A stretch of 64,000 nt of DNA from Escherichia coli (GTDB lineage: Bacteria > Pseudomonadota > Gammaproteobacteria > Enterobacterales > Enterobacteriaceae), in NCBI RefSeq assembly GCF_003018115.1, contig NZ_CP027457.1. One strand, 5' to 3'. The notes below the pieces were generated by a model that saw nothing but the letters and a program-made list of their open reading frames with translations, made no database searches and had not been told where the DNA came from. Position numbers and translations under genes: made by a program. How positions within the stretch are numbered: position 1 is the first letter of the stretch; every line of letters begins with the position of its first letter. Shown one piece after another: positions 49,062 through 61,608 of the stretch.

Positions 49062-49393
49062 TCTATTGCACAACGAGGAAGCTAAAAGGCTTCCTTTGTT
49101 GATGCATGTCAACCACAAATCTATCATTCCCCCGATATATGTTTATTTTATGTAAAATCAATTTATGTAAAAAGTCACATCATTGTAGTTAAAAAGGTTG
49201 AGTTAGATCGCAGAAACGGGTACATATAGCCCCGCAAACGTGACCACGCCCGCAGATATTACTTAAATCAGAGCCATAGAGGCCACGCAGGCGAGGCATC
49301 AATCTTTACGATCTGTATAAAGACGGATTGTTGATGATGTGTTAAAATTGATGTAAACAAATTGTGAAGTAAATGTGCTTCCGGGGAAAATAA

Positions 49394-49738
49394 GTGACTT
49401 CATTACAACTCTCAATCGTCCATCGACTGCCGCAGAACTATCGCTGGTCTGCTGGTTTCGCAGGTTCGAAGGTTGAACCGATTCCGCAAAATGGACCGTG
49501 CGGTGACAACAGCCTGGTGGCGCTTAAATTGCTTAGCCCGGATGGTGATAATGCATGGTCGGTGATGTATAAACTAAGCCAGGCGTTAAGCGACATCGAA
49601 GTTCCATGTTCGGTGCTGGAGTGTGAAGGTGAGCCGTGCCTGTTTGTAAATCGCCAGGACGAGTTTGCTGCAACATGCCGATTGAAAAATTTTGGTGTGG
49701 CAATTGCCGAACCCTTTTCAAACTACAATCCTTTTTAA
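49394..49738 (+). CDS. yejG: Uncharacterized protein YejG
   Basis: 114 aa, [24 protein letters not shown].. Sits between bcr and yejF. Confidence 0.85.
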
Positions 49739-49741
49739 GCG

Positions 49742-51331
49742 TCAGCTCAACGCCAGTAGCTGACGCGTATACTCCTGCTGCGGTATGGCAAACACGCGCG
49801 CGCACGGTCCTTGTTCCACTACTTCCCCTTGTCGCAGTACGATAACCTGATGACATAACGCGCGGACAACGTGCAAATCATGGCTGATAAACAAATAGGC
49901 CAGTTGATGCTTTTGTTGCAATGATTTCAATAGCGTCAATATTTGCGCCTGTACCGTTTTGTCGAGTGATGATGTCGGTTCATCAAGTATGATCAGCGAG
50001 GGCTTAAGAATTAATGCCCTGGCAATCGCAATACGTTGTCGCTGACCACCAGAGAACTCCGCCGGATAACGGTGGCGTGTTTCAGGATCTAATCCCACTT
50101 CATGCATCACGGCTATCACTTGTTGTTCGCGTTGTGCGGCAGATAGCGTCGGCTGGTGAACCCGTAAGCCTTCCTCAATAATCTGCAAAACGTTGAGTCG
50201 TGGGTTGAGCGAGGAGTTTGGATCCTGAAATACCACCTGAATGCGATGACGAATAGGTAACAGCTGGCGGCGATTTAAATTTTGCAGTGGCTGACCGTCA
50301 AAGATGATGCTGCCCTGAGAATTAATCAGTCGCAGCAGCGCCAGTCCCGTCGTGCTTTTCCCGGAACCGGACTCGCCCACTAAACCCAGTGTTTCACCCG
50401 CCCGTAACGTAAAACTGATGTTTTTCACCACCACATTATGATCCACAATGCGCTTCAAAATCCCTTTGCGAATGGGGAAGGCAACCTGAAGCTGTTCAAC
50501 ATCCAGCAACGTTGAGGCAGGTTCTGGCAATGGTACCGGGTCGCCTGACGGTTCACTGTTGAGTAGCTTTTGTGTGTAAGGATGAGTGGGTGAGGCAAAT
50601 AGCGTAGCGGCGTTATTTTGCTCGACACAGCGACCGTTTTGCATTACCGCCACGCGATGGGCCAGTTTTCTGACAATGCTGAGGTTATGAGTAATAAACA
50701 GCATACCCATATTCAGCTCGCCTTGCAGTTCGCGCAACAGCTGTAAAATCTGCGCCTGGACAGAGACGTCCAGTGCGGTGGTCGGTTCATCGGCAATTAA
50801 TAATTCCGGTCGCGTTAACAGCGCCATCGCAATCATCACCCGCTGGCGTTCGCCGCCGGAGAGCTGATGTGGATAATCTGTCAGCCGTTTTGCCGCCTGG
50901 CGGATACCAACGCGATCAAGGCAGTTAAGAATTTCGCCACGAGCCGCTTCCCGACGCATCCCGCGGTGGAGTGAAAGCACTTCATAAAGCTGTTTTTCCA
51001 GGGTATGCAATGGATTTAACGACACCATCGGCTCCTGAAAAATCATGGCGATCTTATTACCACGTACGCCGCGCAACGTTTGATCGCTGGCATGAAGCAG
51101 CGATTCGCCATGAAAACGAATATCGCCGGAGAGATATTCAACCGGCGGGGAAGGGAGCAGGCGTAAAATTGACAGCGCGGTAACGCTTTTGCCTGAACCT
51201 GACTCACCCACCAGCGCCAGCGTTTCGCCAGCCTCAATCTGTAGTGAAACATCATTTACTACTGTACGTACGGTTTGCTGATGGCGAAAACCCACCGACA
51301 AATTTTCAATCGCTAACAGAGTTTGCGTCAT
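49742..51331 (-). CDS. yejF: Peptide/microcin C ABC importer, double ATPase YejF (529 aa)
   Basis: Internal Met [15 protein letters not shown]. Two Walker A motifs (GESGSGKS twice) and two LSGG signatures. Confidence 0.93.
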   Translation of the reverse strand: MTQTLLAIENLSVGFRHQQTVRTVVNDVSLQIEAGETLALVGESGSGKSVTALSILRLLPSPPVEYLSGDIRFHGESLLHASDQTLRGVRGNKIAMIFQEPMVSLNPLHTLEKQLYEVLSLHRGMRREAARGEILNCLDRVGIRQAAKRLTDYPHQLSGGERQRVMIAMALLTRPELLIADEPTTALDVSVQAQILQLLRELQGELNMGMLFITHNLSIVRKLAHRVAVMQNGRCVEQNNAATLFASPTHPYTQKLLNSEPSGDPVPLPEPASTLLDVEQLQVAFPIRKGILKRIVDHNVVVKNISFTLRAGETLGLVGESGSGKSTTGLALLRLINSQGSIIFDGQPLQNLNRRQLLPIRHRIQVVFQDPNSSLNPRLNVLQIIEEGLRVHQPTLSAAQREQQVIAVMHEVGLDPETRHRYPAEFSGGQRQRIAIARALILKPSLIILDEPTSSLDKTVQAQILTLLKSLQQKHQLAYLFISHDLHVVRALCHQVIVLRQGEVVEQGPCARVFAIPQQEYTRQLLALS

Positions 51332-51332
51332 G

Positions 51333-52358
51333 CTACACCGCCTTATTAGGATCAAATGCGTCGCGGACGGCTTCACCAATAAAGATCAGCAAAGACAATA
51401 ATATCGCCACCGACAAGAAGGCGGTGATCCCAAGCCACGGAGCCTGAAGGTTATTTTTCCCTTGTAACAGCAGTTCACCGAGTGACGGTGAACCGAGCGG
51501 CAGACCGAAGCCGAGGAAATCGAGTGAGGTCAGGGTGGTAATCGAACTACATAAAATAAACGGTAAAAAGGTGAGGGTCGCGACCATGGCATTTGGCAAC
51601 ATATGACGCAGGATGATACTGCGATCGCTGACGCCAAGCGCCTGCGCCGCACGAATGTAGTCGAAATTACGGGTACGTAAAAACTCCGCCCGCACCACGC
51701 CGACCAGACTCATCCAGCCAAACAAGACAGTAATTGCCAGCAGCCACCAGAAGTTAGGCTGTACGACGCTGGAAAGTAAAATAATCAAAAACAGCGTCGG
51801 CATCCCCGACCATACTTCAATAAAGCGTTGCCCCCAGAGATCGACTTTACCGCCGTAATAGCCTTGTAGCGCCCCCGCCAGCACGCCCATCACGCTGGAA
51901 CAGAGAGTCAGCATCAGGCCAAACAGAACCGAGATCCGCGTGCCATAGAGAATGCGTGCCAGCACATCGCCGCCGTTGGCATCCGTTCCCAGCCAGTTTT
52001 GCCGGGAGGGTGGAGAAGGGAAGGGCTTATCGGTAGCAAAGTTGATACTGGTAGCACCAAAGCGAATCGGTGCCCACAGTACCCAGCCATTATTTTCCAG
52101 CCGTTGTTTCAGCCACGGGTCCTGATAATCAGCCTGACTTGCCAGCGGGCCGCCAAAATCGCTTTCGCTGTAGTTTTTCAACAACGGGAAATACCAACTG
52201 CCGTCATAACGCACCAGCAACGGTTTATCGTTGGCGATAAGTTCAGAACACAAACTCAAACCAAACAAAACGAGGAAAATCCATAACGACCAGTAGCCGC
52301 GACGGTTATGGCGAAAACGCGCCCAACGGGCCTGATTGACGGGGCTGAGTCGCGACAT
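51333..52358 (-). CDS. yejE: ABC importer permease YejE
   Basis: 341 aa permease of the BPD-transporter family. Confidence 0.92.
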   Translation of the reverse strand: MSRLSPVNQARWARFRHNRRGYWSLWIFLVLFGLSLCSELIANDKPLLVRYDGSWYFPLLKNYSESDFGGPLASQADYQDPWLKQRLENNGWVLWAPIRFGATSINFATDKPFPSPPSRQNWLGTDANGGDVLARILYGTRISVLFGLMLTLCSSVMGVLAGALQGYYGGKVDLWGQRFIEVWSGMPTLFLIILLSSVVQPNFWWLLAITVLFGWMSLVGVVRAEFLRTRNFDYIRAAQALGVSDRSIILRHMLPNAMVATLTFLPFILCSSITTLTSLDFLGFGLPLGSPSLGELLLQGKNNLQAPWLGITAFLSVAILLSLLIFIGEAVRDAFDPNKAV

Positions 52359-53452
52359 TAACGTCCCTCAAAATCTATACGCGGATCGACCAGCGTATAG
52401 CTGATATCACTGACAATATTCAGCAGCAGGCCAATCAGGGTGAAAATATACAAGGTACCAAACATTACAGGATAATCGCGCGAGACGGTCGCTTCGTAGC
52501 CCAGTAAGCCAAGACCATTGAGTGAAAACATCACCTCAATCAGCAGCGATCCGGTAAAAAACATGCTGATAAACGTCGCCGGAAAACCGGCAATCACCAG
52601 CAGCATGGCGTTGCGGAACACATGTTTCCAGAGAATATTTTTTTCACTTACCCCTTTCGCACGCGCGGTCACCACGTATTGCTTGCGCACTTCATCAAGG
52701 AATGAGTTTTTTGTCAGCATAGTCAGCGCCGCAAAGCCACCAATCACCGTCGCCAGCACCGGCAGCGTGATATGCCACAGATAATCGGTGATTTTCTGAT
52801 ACCACGGCAGCGAATCAAAGTTAGCGGAAACCAGGCCGCGTAGAGGGAACAGGTCGAAATAGCTGCCGCCTGCGAAGAAGACAATCAGCAGGATGGCAAA
52901 CAAAAAGGCCGGAATGGCGTAGCCGATGATGATAAATGCGCTACTCCAGACGTCAAAGCGGCTCCCATTATAAACAGCTTTGCGAATGCCTAACGGAATC
53001 GACACCAGATAGATAATCAGCGTGCTCCATAATCCGAGGGTGATGGAAACCGGCAGACTGTCTTTAATCAGCGTCAGCACCGAGGCGCTGCGAAACAGGC
53101 TATCGCCAAAATCAAAGCGGATGTAGTCCCAGAGCATTTTGAAGTAACGTTCGTGGATCGGCTTATCGAAACCGTAGCGATGAGTGATCTCGGCGATCAC
53201 TTCTGGATCTAATCCGCGTCCGCCACGGTAATTACTGTCGCTGATATTACCGACGCCCGTTTGCGCATGGCTGGCGCGAACGCCTTCACCGCCTGCGCCG
53301 GGTAATACTCCGGCATTACCAAACTCAATGGCGGCGATGGCCTGGTCGACCGGACCGCCAGGCGCAATTTGCACGATGAAAAAGTTGATAGTGATAATCG
53401 CCCATAACGTTGGGATCACCAGCAACAGACGGCGAATCAGATAAGCGCCCAT
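52358..53452 (-). CDS. yejB: ABC importer permease YejB
   Basis: 364 aa permease. Start and stop abut the neighbouring genes. Confidence 0.92.
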
Positions 53453-55273
53453 CTACTCTCCCTGATGTCTGGCTGACGGCAGTTTGGCCGCTTTATTAAC
53501 GTCATACCACCAGGTATCGATACCCAGGCTGTAAACAGGGCGTACAGCGGGTTGGGAGAATTTATCCCACCAGGCGAGACGGTCTTCCGCCATGTACCAC
53601 ATTGGCAGCATGTAATAATTCCACGTTAATACGCGATCCAGTGCTCGCCCCAACGGCAGTAATTTTTCTTTATTTCCCTGCGCGGCAATAATTTGGTTGA
53701 TCAGCGAGTCGATAACCGGGCTTTGCACGCCGGGGGCATTATAAGTGGAATTGATATATTCCGATGACCAGGAAATCTGTAAATCGGAACTGGGCCACGG
53801 CATCGCCCGCCATAGGCGCGGCATCATGTCATAGTCGCGACTGCGCATGCGGTTGGTGATTTGCGAGTTATCCACCTTGCGAATGTCCATGTTGATACCC
53901 AGCCGTTGCAGGCTGTGCTGGAACGGCAATACCCACTGACTATTGCTGCTTGCGGGAAGCAATAATTCAAAGCTGAGTGGCTGACCCGTTGTGGCATTAA
54001 CGCGTTTCTGACCCTTCAGCACCCAGCCCGCTTCGTTGAGAAGTTTGTCGGCTTTTAACAGGTTGTCACGATCGTAGCCATCGCCTTTAGATACCGGCGG
54101 CTGGTAGATTTGTGTGAAGACTTCTGACGGTAGATCTTTTTTCATTGGTGCCAGAAGCACCAGCTCCGCGGCGTCGGGGTAATTTCTGGCCGCGTATTCG
54201 GTAGTCTGAAAATAACTGTTCGTGCGACTCCAGGCATTGTAAAACAACGCCTTGTTCATCCATTCAAAGTCAAAGGCGAGGGTGATTGCTTCCCGGACCC
54301 GGCGATCGCTGAATACCGGACGTTGGATATTAAACGCCAGCCAGCGCGTATCCTGGGCTGATTCGTTCTTTTGCTCATCTTTGATGATGTATTTTTTATC
54401 GAAATTTTTACCGGTATAACGCGTGGCCCAGTTTTTAGCGTCGTTTTCCATACGCAAATCAAAAGCACCTGCTTTAAACGCTTCAAAGGCGACATTATCA
54501 TCGAGGTAATAATCGTAGCGAATGGTGTCGAAATTCCAGCGTCCACGGTTTACCGGTAAGTTTGCTGCCCAGTAATCTTTCACGCGGGAATAGACAATAT
54601 TTTGCCCCATTTTCCAGGACGTAATTCGGTACGGACCACTGGCAAGCGGAGGCGTGGCGAGCGGATCGCTAAGTTTGTGATCCTTCCAGTACTTTTCTGG
54701 AAATACCGGCAGCGAAAACAGACTCAACATATCTTCTTTGCCGGGTTTAGCTAACTCAATGCGCACGGTTAACGGCGCAATGGCTTTGACGGTGGTGCCT
54801 TTGTAGACCAGACGAAATTGCGGCACGCCTTCAGTCATAAATTTTTGAAAAGTAAACTCTACATCGCGGGCAGTAATGGGCGAACCATCATGAAAACGGG
54901 CGCGCGGATTAATAGCGACCTCCACCCAGGAATAATCGTCAGCATAGCGTGCGCTTTCAGCAATCAGCGGGTAATAACTGCCTGGTTCGTCATCGGAAGT
55001 CGTAAATAGCGTGTCGTACAGCTGCTCGGTGCGTGCGCCCGGGTTGCCGCGCAGTGCATAGCGGTTGAAATTATCGAAGGTACCGAGGGCTGACAACGTT
55101 ATCTGCCCACCTTTTGGCGCGGCGGGGTTCACATAATCAAAATGGTTGAAATTAAACGCGTACCGGGGTTCGCCCAGCACGGCAAAGGCATAGCTTTCCT
55201 TGATAGCCTGCGCCTGCGCACCAAAGGTGAACAGAGCGATAAACAGCAGCAGTATGCGCACAATCATCTGCAA
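53453..55273 (-). CDS. yejA: Periplasmic substrate-binding protein YejA
   Basis: 606-aa ORF. The annotated start may be the third codon ([19 protein letters not shown], start 55267). SBP family 5. Confidence 0.92.
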
Positions 55274-55348
55274 CGGATTTCCTTTTACTCATCATTAGCC
55301 GCAATCCGGCATGCTTTCACTATGAATAATAAGGGACGTAAGCACACC

Positions 55349-56905
55349 TTACCACTGCGGCGTATACGGTTTCTTCAGCCAGCGGACAAAATCGTCCAGC
55401 GGTAACGGGCGACTAATCCAGTAGCCTTGCATGAAATTAACGCCGCGTTCGCTTAGCCATCGCGCTTGTTCCGGCGTTTCGACCCCTTCAGCAACTGTCA
55501 GCATATTGAGACGTTTCGCCAGCGTCAGCACCGCGTCAAGTACGGGTGAAGTGATCGTTTCCGTACCGATGGCGTTGATAAATCCACGGTCAATTTTCAG
55601 ATAATCGAGCGTAAAACGCTCAAGATAGATAAGCGCGCTGTGCCCGGTGCCGAAGTCATCAATAGCAATTTCTACGCCGACCGAGTGCAGCCAGGCGAAG
55701 AGTTGTGTGGCTTCTTGCTCTTTCAGCATATCGCGCTCGGTAATTTCCAGCACAATCTGGAAATGGTGTGCGGGCAGGGAAGTGAGCAGTTTCTGGATAT
55801 CTGCTTTAAAGCTTTCGCTGTGCAGATGGTCCGGCGCAATGTTAATGCCAAATTTGACGCCTACCGGCAGTACTTTTTCTAATTCTGCGGCATCGCGGGC
55901 AATCAACTCAAACAGGTGCTGAGTCAGCGGCACAATCATCTTTTGCGATTCGGCAAAGTTAATGAAGGCATCCGGGGGAACTTCTCCCGCTACAGGATGC
56001 CGCCAGCGTAGCAGTACTTCCAGGCCCGTTACTCGCAAAGCTTGTGTATCCACCACCGGTTGATACGCCACGTAAAATTGTTCGCGCTTGATGGCGGTCA
56101 TGATTTCTCTGCCGGGGCGCATACGTACGCTCATCAGGTAATAGCAGAGCAGGCCAACGACAGTTCCACTCATGCCGCCCAGTAAAAATGCGTACCACAC
56201 ATCGTTCCATGTCCAGTCATCCGCATAAAGCCGAACGGTCAGAGGAATGCCCGCAATTTTAGTTTCACGGACCGGCATGTCGGTTAATTCATTAACGTTC
56301 ATCAAACGTGAAGAAAAGGTAGATAGCGCAGTATTGCCAATAATGAGGGCGACGCCATCGTAATCTTCCTGCCGTGAACTATAAAAGAGAGAAGGCGTCA
56401 GGTTGAGATTCAGAGCGGCAAACACACCGCTATTTTTCAGCAAAGGGTTGCGATACCAGATGACGATTGCGGGTTTGTTCGGCACCATCGGCGTGCCGGG
56501 TAAGATCGCCATATCGACGTTTTTATTAATGTCGAGCGCCGGAATCAATTCATTGAGTGGAATGTCCATCTCACCAGTCGCAGATGAACAGAATGTTTTT
56601 TTATCTTTCACCAGCACAAACGTACGGACATTCATGCTAAACGCCGCGCGAGCGGTCAGTTCGGGGTTAGCCTGCTGGCAGGTATCTAAGGTCAGCGGCT
56701 GAAGCCGGTCAGTAGTGGATTTCAGGTCGGCAAAATAGGTATCGAGATACTTTTGTACGTCGATAATCAGTTTGTCGTATTTGACTTCGTGCTTATGCCA
56801 GGCCACTAAAAATTGAAGGCAACTCACCAGTATCGCAATCATCACGCCTGCAACAATGCAGGTAAGCAGGAGCTTACGTCCAGAATTGGGAGCGCGTATG
56901 AACAT
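55349..56905 (-). CDS. pdeN: c-di-GMP phosphodiesterase PdeN (Rtn), CSS-EAL type
   Basis: 518 aa. N-terminal TM plus periplasmic domain and C-terminal EAL domain (EVLLRW.., EITERD, DDFGTGHS). Confidence 0.9.
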   Translation of the reverse strand: MFIRAPNSGRKLLLTCIVAGVMIAILVSCLQFLVAWHKHEVKYDKLIIDVQKYLDTYFADLKSTTDRLQPLTLDTCQQANPELTARAAFSMNVRTFVLVKDKKTFCSSATGEMDIPLNELIPALDINKNVDMAILPGTPMVPNKPAIVIWYRNPLLKNSGVFAALNLNLTPSLFYSSRQEDYDGVALIIGNTALSTFSSRLMNVNELTDMPVRETKIAGIPLTVRLYADDWTWNDVWYAFLLGGMSGTVVGLLCYYLMSVRMRPGREIMTAIKREQFYVAYQPVVDTQALRVTGLEVLLRWRHPVAGEVPPDAFINFAESQKMIVPLTQHLFELIARDAAELEKVLPVGVKFGINIAPDHLHSESFKADIQKLLTSLPAHHFQIVLEITERDMLKEQEATQLFAWLHSVGVEIAIDDFGTGHSALIYLERFTLDYLKIDRGFINAIGTETITSPVLDAVLTLAKRLNMLTVAEGVETPEQARWLSERGVNFMQGYWISRPLPLDDFVRWLKKPYTPQW

Positions 56906-57085
56906 GATTCCGTTAATTTCCTGAAATTACGACAACATTTAAAAGATAACAATGACCGGACTATAGCCTGGATCAAGACGCGGAAACATCATTTTCTCTG
57001 ATGAATGAAAACAAAAAAGCACTGCCTAAGCAGTGCTTTCAGTTAACTCGTCAGGATAGCCAAGGGATTGCATCCAAACGGTTTA

Positions 57086-57652
57086 TTAGCTGCGGCTGAG
57101 AACCCGGCGTGCTTCGTTGTAACGCTTCTTCCAGTACGGTTCATTCATGCTGGAAATAATAACACCACTGCTGGTGGAAGCATGGACAAACTGATTGTTG
57201 CCGATATAAATACCGACATGGCGTCCCGTCGAACCGGCACGGAACAGAACTAAATCACCCGTACGCAAATTACTGCGAGAAACAGATTTACCCATTTCCT
57301 GCTGTTCGTAAGTCGAACGCGGAAGTTCTAAGCCAAATTGCTCACGGAATGTACGCTGTACGAAACCAGAACAATCGATACCTTTTTTAGTGCTGCCGCC
57401 CAGACGATAACGTACGCCTTTCCAGTCAGCATACTGATCCATAATTCGCGATTTTACGTCGACATTACGAACCAGGTTTTCAAATTCATCCTGAGAAGCT
57501 TGCAGTGATGATGTTTCACTACCCACTGCACGTGTCTCAGGATGCATATTCTTTGCGGTGTTATTTGCACTACATGCAGAAAGCAGAACCGCTACTGCAA
57601 TCGCGGGGATCCCGCGCAAGATATATCTCAAAATCGGTTGAGATTTGACCAT
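57086..57652 (-). CDS. mepS: Murein DD-endopeptidase MepS (Spr), NlpC/P60 lipoprotein
   Basis: 188 aa. Lipobox LLSAC. NlpC/P60 motifs (DCSGFV, HVGIY). Confidence 0.95.
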
Positions 57653-58063
57653 GTTGTTTGTTTTCCCTTGAAGTCCTTAACGACAAATATCGTTATAAAA
57701 AAATGCCAAGCGACACGAGACTAATTACCTGGGCATGTTGAAACAATTCCTTAAGGCCAAATCTGTGGACTAACGCACAAAATTATATGCTGTGAGGATA
57801 ATCTACCGCCGAGGCAAAACGAGTTCGAGATTACCCGATTGGTGCGGTCTTGGCGAGCGGTTTTACATGATTTTTTATAAGAAAAAGTGATACAGAAAGT
57901 TAATAAGCGGGATTGGTCAATTAAAGTACGATTGAGTGAAACGCATGCAATCCATTCATTTACTTAGAGAATGATTTTTGCTTTCGATGGATGAAAGCAC
58001 GGTGCGCATCATCAGGATTATCCTCACTATAAAAATAAACCTGATGATGTTAATTACTGTGAG

Positions 58064-58777
58064 TTATTTGTTTTGGAAATGTTTGTTTTTTCCCGGTAGT
58101 GATTTGTCAAAAAAGGTGATTAATCGATCACTTAATGGCGTCAGCAACACCCAGGGCAAACCGATCAATATCACGGTCATCGAACCGACAATGATGTCAG
58201 TAAACCAGTGTGCGCCAATCATTACTCTGGGAAACGCAAAAACCACAAAAATAATAAGGGCGATAAGACCTGCAACTTTGCCGAAATAACGCCACATGAA
58301 TGCCGAAAAAATAAGCAGCATCATGCCGTGATCGCCGGGAAAGCTATCTCGTGAGGCATCTTTCGTGGGGACAGAGAGCAGTTCGCTGACGCGGTTAATA
58401 TCGGCAAAAGTCAATGTTGGGCTGGCCCGTTTTACAGGAATTAATGCCTGACCCAGCTGGTTTAATACCACTGCAGTTAATAGCATGACCAGACCAATAA
58501 TCACGATACGTCGTCTGCCTGGGGCGTTTTCTTTCAGCCAGAAACTCAGCATCAACATTCCCATCGCCAGCAGTGAACAACCGTCGAAAGCGCGATTGTT
58601 GGTCAATGCAACCAGCCATAAAAAGGCCTTACTTTCGACCAGTTTCTGATTAAAGAAATAAAAAATATCCGCATCAATCGGCAACCAGAACCCATGATTA
58701 ACGGGAATATACCAGGAAAGAAACAGCGCGAGGCCGACAATATTCAACAACACTATTTGCGGCAAATTTTTAATCAT
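58064..58777 (-). CDS. lpxT: Lipid A 1-diphosphate synthase LpxT (YeiU), PAP2 family (237 aa)
   Basis: Internal Met MIKNLPQIVLLNIVGLALFLSW. PAP2 motifs (SFPGDHG, HWFTD). Confidence 0.9.
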   Translation of the reverse strand: MIKNLPQIVLLNIVGLALFLSWYIPVNHGFWLPIDADIFYFFNQKLVESKAFLWLVALTNNRAFDGCSLLAMGMLMLSFWLKENAPGRRRIVIIGLVMLLTAVVLNQLGQALIPVKRASPTLTFADINRVSELLSVPTKDASRDSFPGDHGMMLLIFSAFMWRYFGKVAGLIALIIFVVFAFPRVMIGAHWFTDIIVGSMTVILIGLPWVLLTPLSDRLITFFDKSLPGKNKHFQNK

Positions 58778-58815
58778 ATTTTCTCTAATTATCTTACTGA
58801 AAAACGCAGGCAACC

Positions 58816-59802
58816 TTACGCGGTAGTCGCTAAACGAAGCTTCAACAGCGCGCTCTGCAAGGCATTCCAGTCAGCTTCGCTGCTGGAAATCAGCTCAATA
58901 CGGCTGTCCGGTGGCGCAACGTTTTGCGTTTCAATGTGCAGGTCATCGCCCTGACGGTTGATTCGCACCAGCCCTTCGGGAATACGCAGCACGCCTTTGA
59001 CGCGTTCCACCGGTGCAAGTCGCGCCCATTCCAGAATGCCAATGGTGTCGAATACCGTATCAGCGTCGAATATCCAGCCGCAGGCCTGATGTCCTTGTCC
59101 ACTGTTCAGACTGCGACGCCAGCGTTGATGCTCTGGCAGGCTTAACGCTGCTAACCCTTTTTTCACGACATGCTGATGAGAATGCGCGGCGCTGGCGGGC
59201 AACTCGGCTAAATTGCGACGCGGCAAATCCAGAAGATGACCGTCAACTTTCCCATGCTCACTGTGAATTAATTGCCGATCGCCACCATTTTGCTGCCACC
59301 AGCGCTGTAGCGCTTGCTCGCTTTCAGGTGTCGCACGGTCGGATTTATTGGCGACAATGATGTCTGCGGCAGCCAGCTGGTCACGGAAGTTTTCATTGCT
59401 GGCGCTTTTTTCGTCCAGCAGCAGGCGTGGATCGAGAATGCACAACGTGGCGCGTAGATCTATCCACGGTTCATAGACTGGTGCGGTTAAGAGATCGAGG
59501 ATCTGTTTCGGATGGCCCAGCCCGGTCGGCTCTATCAACAAGCGGTCTGGTTTTCCCTGACGCAGTAAGGTATTCAACCCTACCTGCATGGGTAAACCAT
59601 TAACGCAGCACATGCAGCCGCCGGGGATCTCTTTCAGCAGTGCGCCGCTATCGGCGAGCAAAGCACCATCAATTCCGACTTCCCCAAATTCATTAACCAG
59701 TACCGCCCATTTTTCGTTGGGATCTTTATGGGCTAACAGATGAAGAATCGACGTAGTTTTCCCGCTGCCGAGAAAACCGGTGATGAGGTTGGTCCTGGTC
59801 AC
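58816..59802 (-). CDS. yeiR: Zinc-binding GTPase YeiR (COG0523 family)
   Basis: 328 aa. GFLGSGKTT P-loop and GCMCC metal motif. Confidence 0.92.
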   Translation of the reverse strand: MTRTNLITGFLGSGKTTSILHLLAHKDPNEKWAVLVNEFGEVGIDGALLADSGALLKEIPGGCMCCVNGLPMQVGLNTLLRQGKPDRLLIEPTGLGHPKQILDLLTAPVYEPWIDLRATLCILDPRLLLDEKSASNENFRDQLAAADIIVANKSDRATPESEQALQRWWQQNGGDRQLIHSEHGKVDGHLLDLPRRNLAELPASAAHSHQHVVKKGLAALSLPEHQRWRRSLNSGQGHQACGWIFDADTVFDTIGILEWARLAPVERVKGVLRIPEGLVRINRQGDDLHIETQNVAPPDSRIELISSSEADWNALQSALLKLRLATTA

Positions 59803-59919
59803 AACGGCTCCGCAATACTCTGGTAAGTTAACTGAGCGTTAATCCTGGCTAAAAACGGCAGAAAAGAGAAGGGGAGAGCGGACGAAGGCGAGCTTCATCC
59901 GCTTTAACCGCAGAAATCG

Positions 59920-61386
59920 TTAAATTTTGAGGGTGTTTAATAGCGCCTGATGCGCGCCGAATTGTGCGATTTGTTGCCAGGCTTGTTCGATGGCCTGCAC
60001 AAAATGCGGGTTATCTGGCAGATCATCACCGAAAACTTCACGCAGGGAAAGCAGGGCGGTGACGCGTTGTTCACTGCTGCTGCCCGCAACAAGTTCGCGA
60101 ATTTTATCGCTAAGCGGATCGCGAACATCAATGGCATTTCCGGCATCATCAACGCCGCTGACGTAACGCATCCAGCCTGCAACGCCTAATGCCAGCAACG
60201 ACCAGTCCGTTTCGCGCCCCAGATGTATGCGAATACCTGCCAGCATGCGTTGCGGTAATTTCTGGCTGCCATCCATCGCGATTTGCCAGGTCTTATGTTT
60301 CAGCGCCGGATTAGCAAAACGTGCAATTAACTTATCCGCATATTGTGTTAAATCGACATCTTTAATCCGCAGTGTCGGCGCTTGCTCATCCAGCATTAAT
60401 GTTCTGGCGGCATGGCGAAATGCGCGATCCTGCATGCAATCACTGATATGGGCGAATCCTGAGAGGTAACCCAGATAAGCGAGAAAAGAGTGGCTGCCAT
60501 TAAGCATCCGCAGTTTCATCTCTTCCCATGGCAGGACATCATTCACCATTTGTACACCTGCGACTTCCCAGGCAGGACGCCCAGCGACGAAGTTATCTTC
60601 CACCACCCACTGGATAAACGGTTCGCAGCTAATCGCGCAGGGATCATTTACCCCCAGATGCTGGCTGATTTCTGCCAGTGATTCGGCGGTTGCAGCCGGA
60701 ACAATGCGGTCGACCATGGTTCCCGGAAAACTGACGTGTTCTTTTATCCACCCGGCGAGTTCTGGCGAACGTTTTTCTGCCATTCCCAGCACCGCGTTTT
60801 TCACCACATGGCCATTGTCGGGAATATTGTCGCAGGAGAGCACGGTAAACGGTGTAAGGCCGCGCTCACGGCGGCGTTTCAGTGCTTCGACGAGAATACC
60901 TGGCGCGGAGTGAGGTTCTTCAGGGGTTTGTAGATCGTGAATAATCCGCGGATTGCTGGTGTCGAGTGCACCGGTGGCCGGGTCAATACAATAGCCTTTT
61001 TCGGTAATCGTCAGGGAAACAATTGCCACCTGTGGCTCGCAAAATTTCTCAATAATTGCCGCTAAGGAATCCAGTTTTGCATTCAGGCATTCGTGAACGG
61101 CACCGACGATTATCGCCTGATTGCCGTCCGCCCCTTTCTCCAGCACGGTATATAAATGGTTCTGTGCGCGGAGCTGGCTCATCAGTTGATCACCGCTGAA
61201 CAAGCTGATTTCACAGATCCCCCAGTCGCCGCCCTGGGCATTCAGCACACGATCGGTCAGTAACGCCTGATGTGCGCGGTGAAAGGCTCCAAAGCCAAAA
61301 TGAACGATACGTGATTGCAACTGCTGGCGATCGTAGCGTGGAGCGTGTACATGATGCGGGAGCGTAACGGAGGCGATTGTATTCAT
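59920..61386 (-). CDS. yeiQ: Mannitol-dehydrogenase-family oxidoreductase YeiQ (488 aa)
   Basis: Internal Met MNTIASVTLPHHVHAPRYDR. HFGFGAFHRAH motif. Confidence 0.9.
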   Translation of the reverse strand: MNTIASVTLPHHVHAPRYDRQQLQSRIVHFGFGAFHRAHQALLTDRVLNAQGGDWGICEISLFSGDQLMSQLRAQNHLYTVLEKGADGNQAIIVGAVHECLNAKLDSLAAIIEKFCEPQVAIVSLTITEKGYCIDPATGALDTSNPRIIHDLQTPEEPHSAPGILVEALKRRRERGLTPFTVLSCDNIPDNGHVVKNAVLGMAEKRSPELAGWIKEHVSFPGTMVDRIVPAATAESLAEISQHLGVNDPCAISCEPFIQWVVEDNFVAGRPAWEVAGVQMVNDVLPWEEMKLRMLNGSHSFLAYLGYLSGFAHISDCMQDRAFRHAARTLMLDEQAPTLRIKDVDLTQYADKLIARFANPALKHKTWQIAMDGSQKLPQRMLAGIRIHLGRETDWSLLALGVAGWMRYVSGVDDAGNAIDVRDPLSDKIRELVAGSSSEQRVTALLSLREVFGDDLPDNPHFVQAIEQAWQQIAQFGAHQALLNTLKI

Positions 61387-61608
61387 AGGAGTCACGTCTT
61401 AGTAACGATTAATTAACAATGACAGTGTAAAGTTATATGACAGCAATTGAAATTGGTCTGGATTGTTAATGCGATGAAGTGTGAGGGCGATCAATCAACG
61501 AGTGAAAATTGCGGGCATAAGGTGTTCAGGAAGCGCAAAATAGAAGATTGGTATAATAAATTAAAAAAGGGACAGCCTGAGCTATCCCTTTTCTGCATGC
61601 GGCTGAAG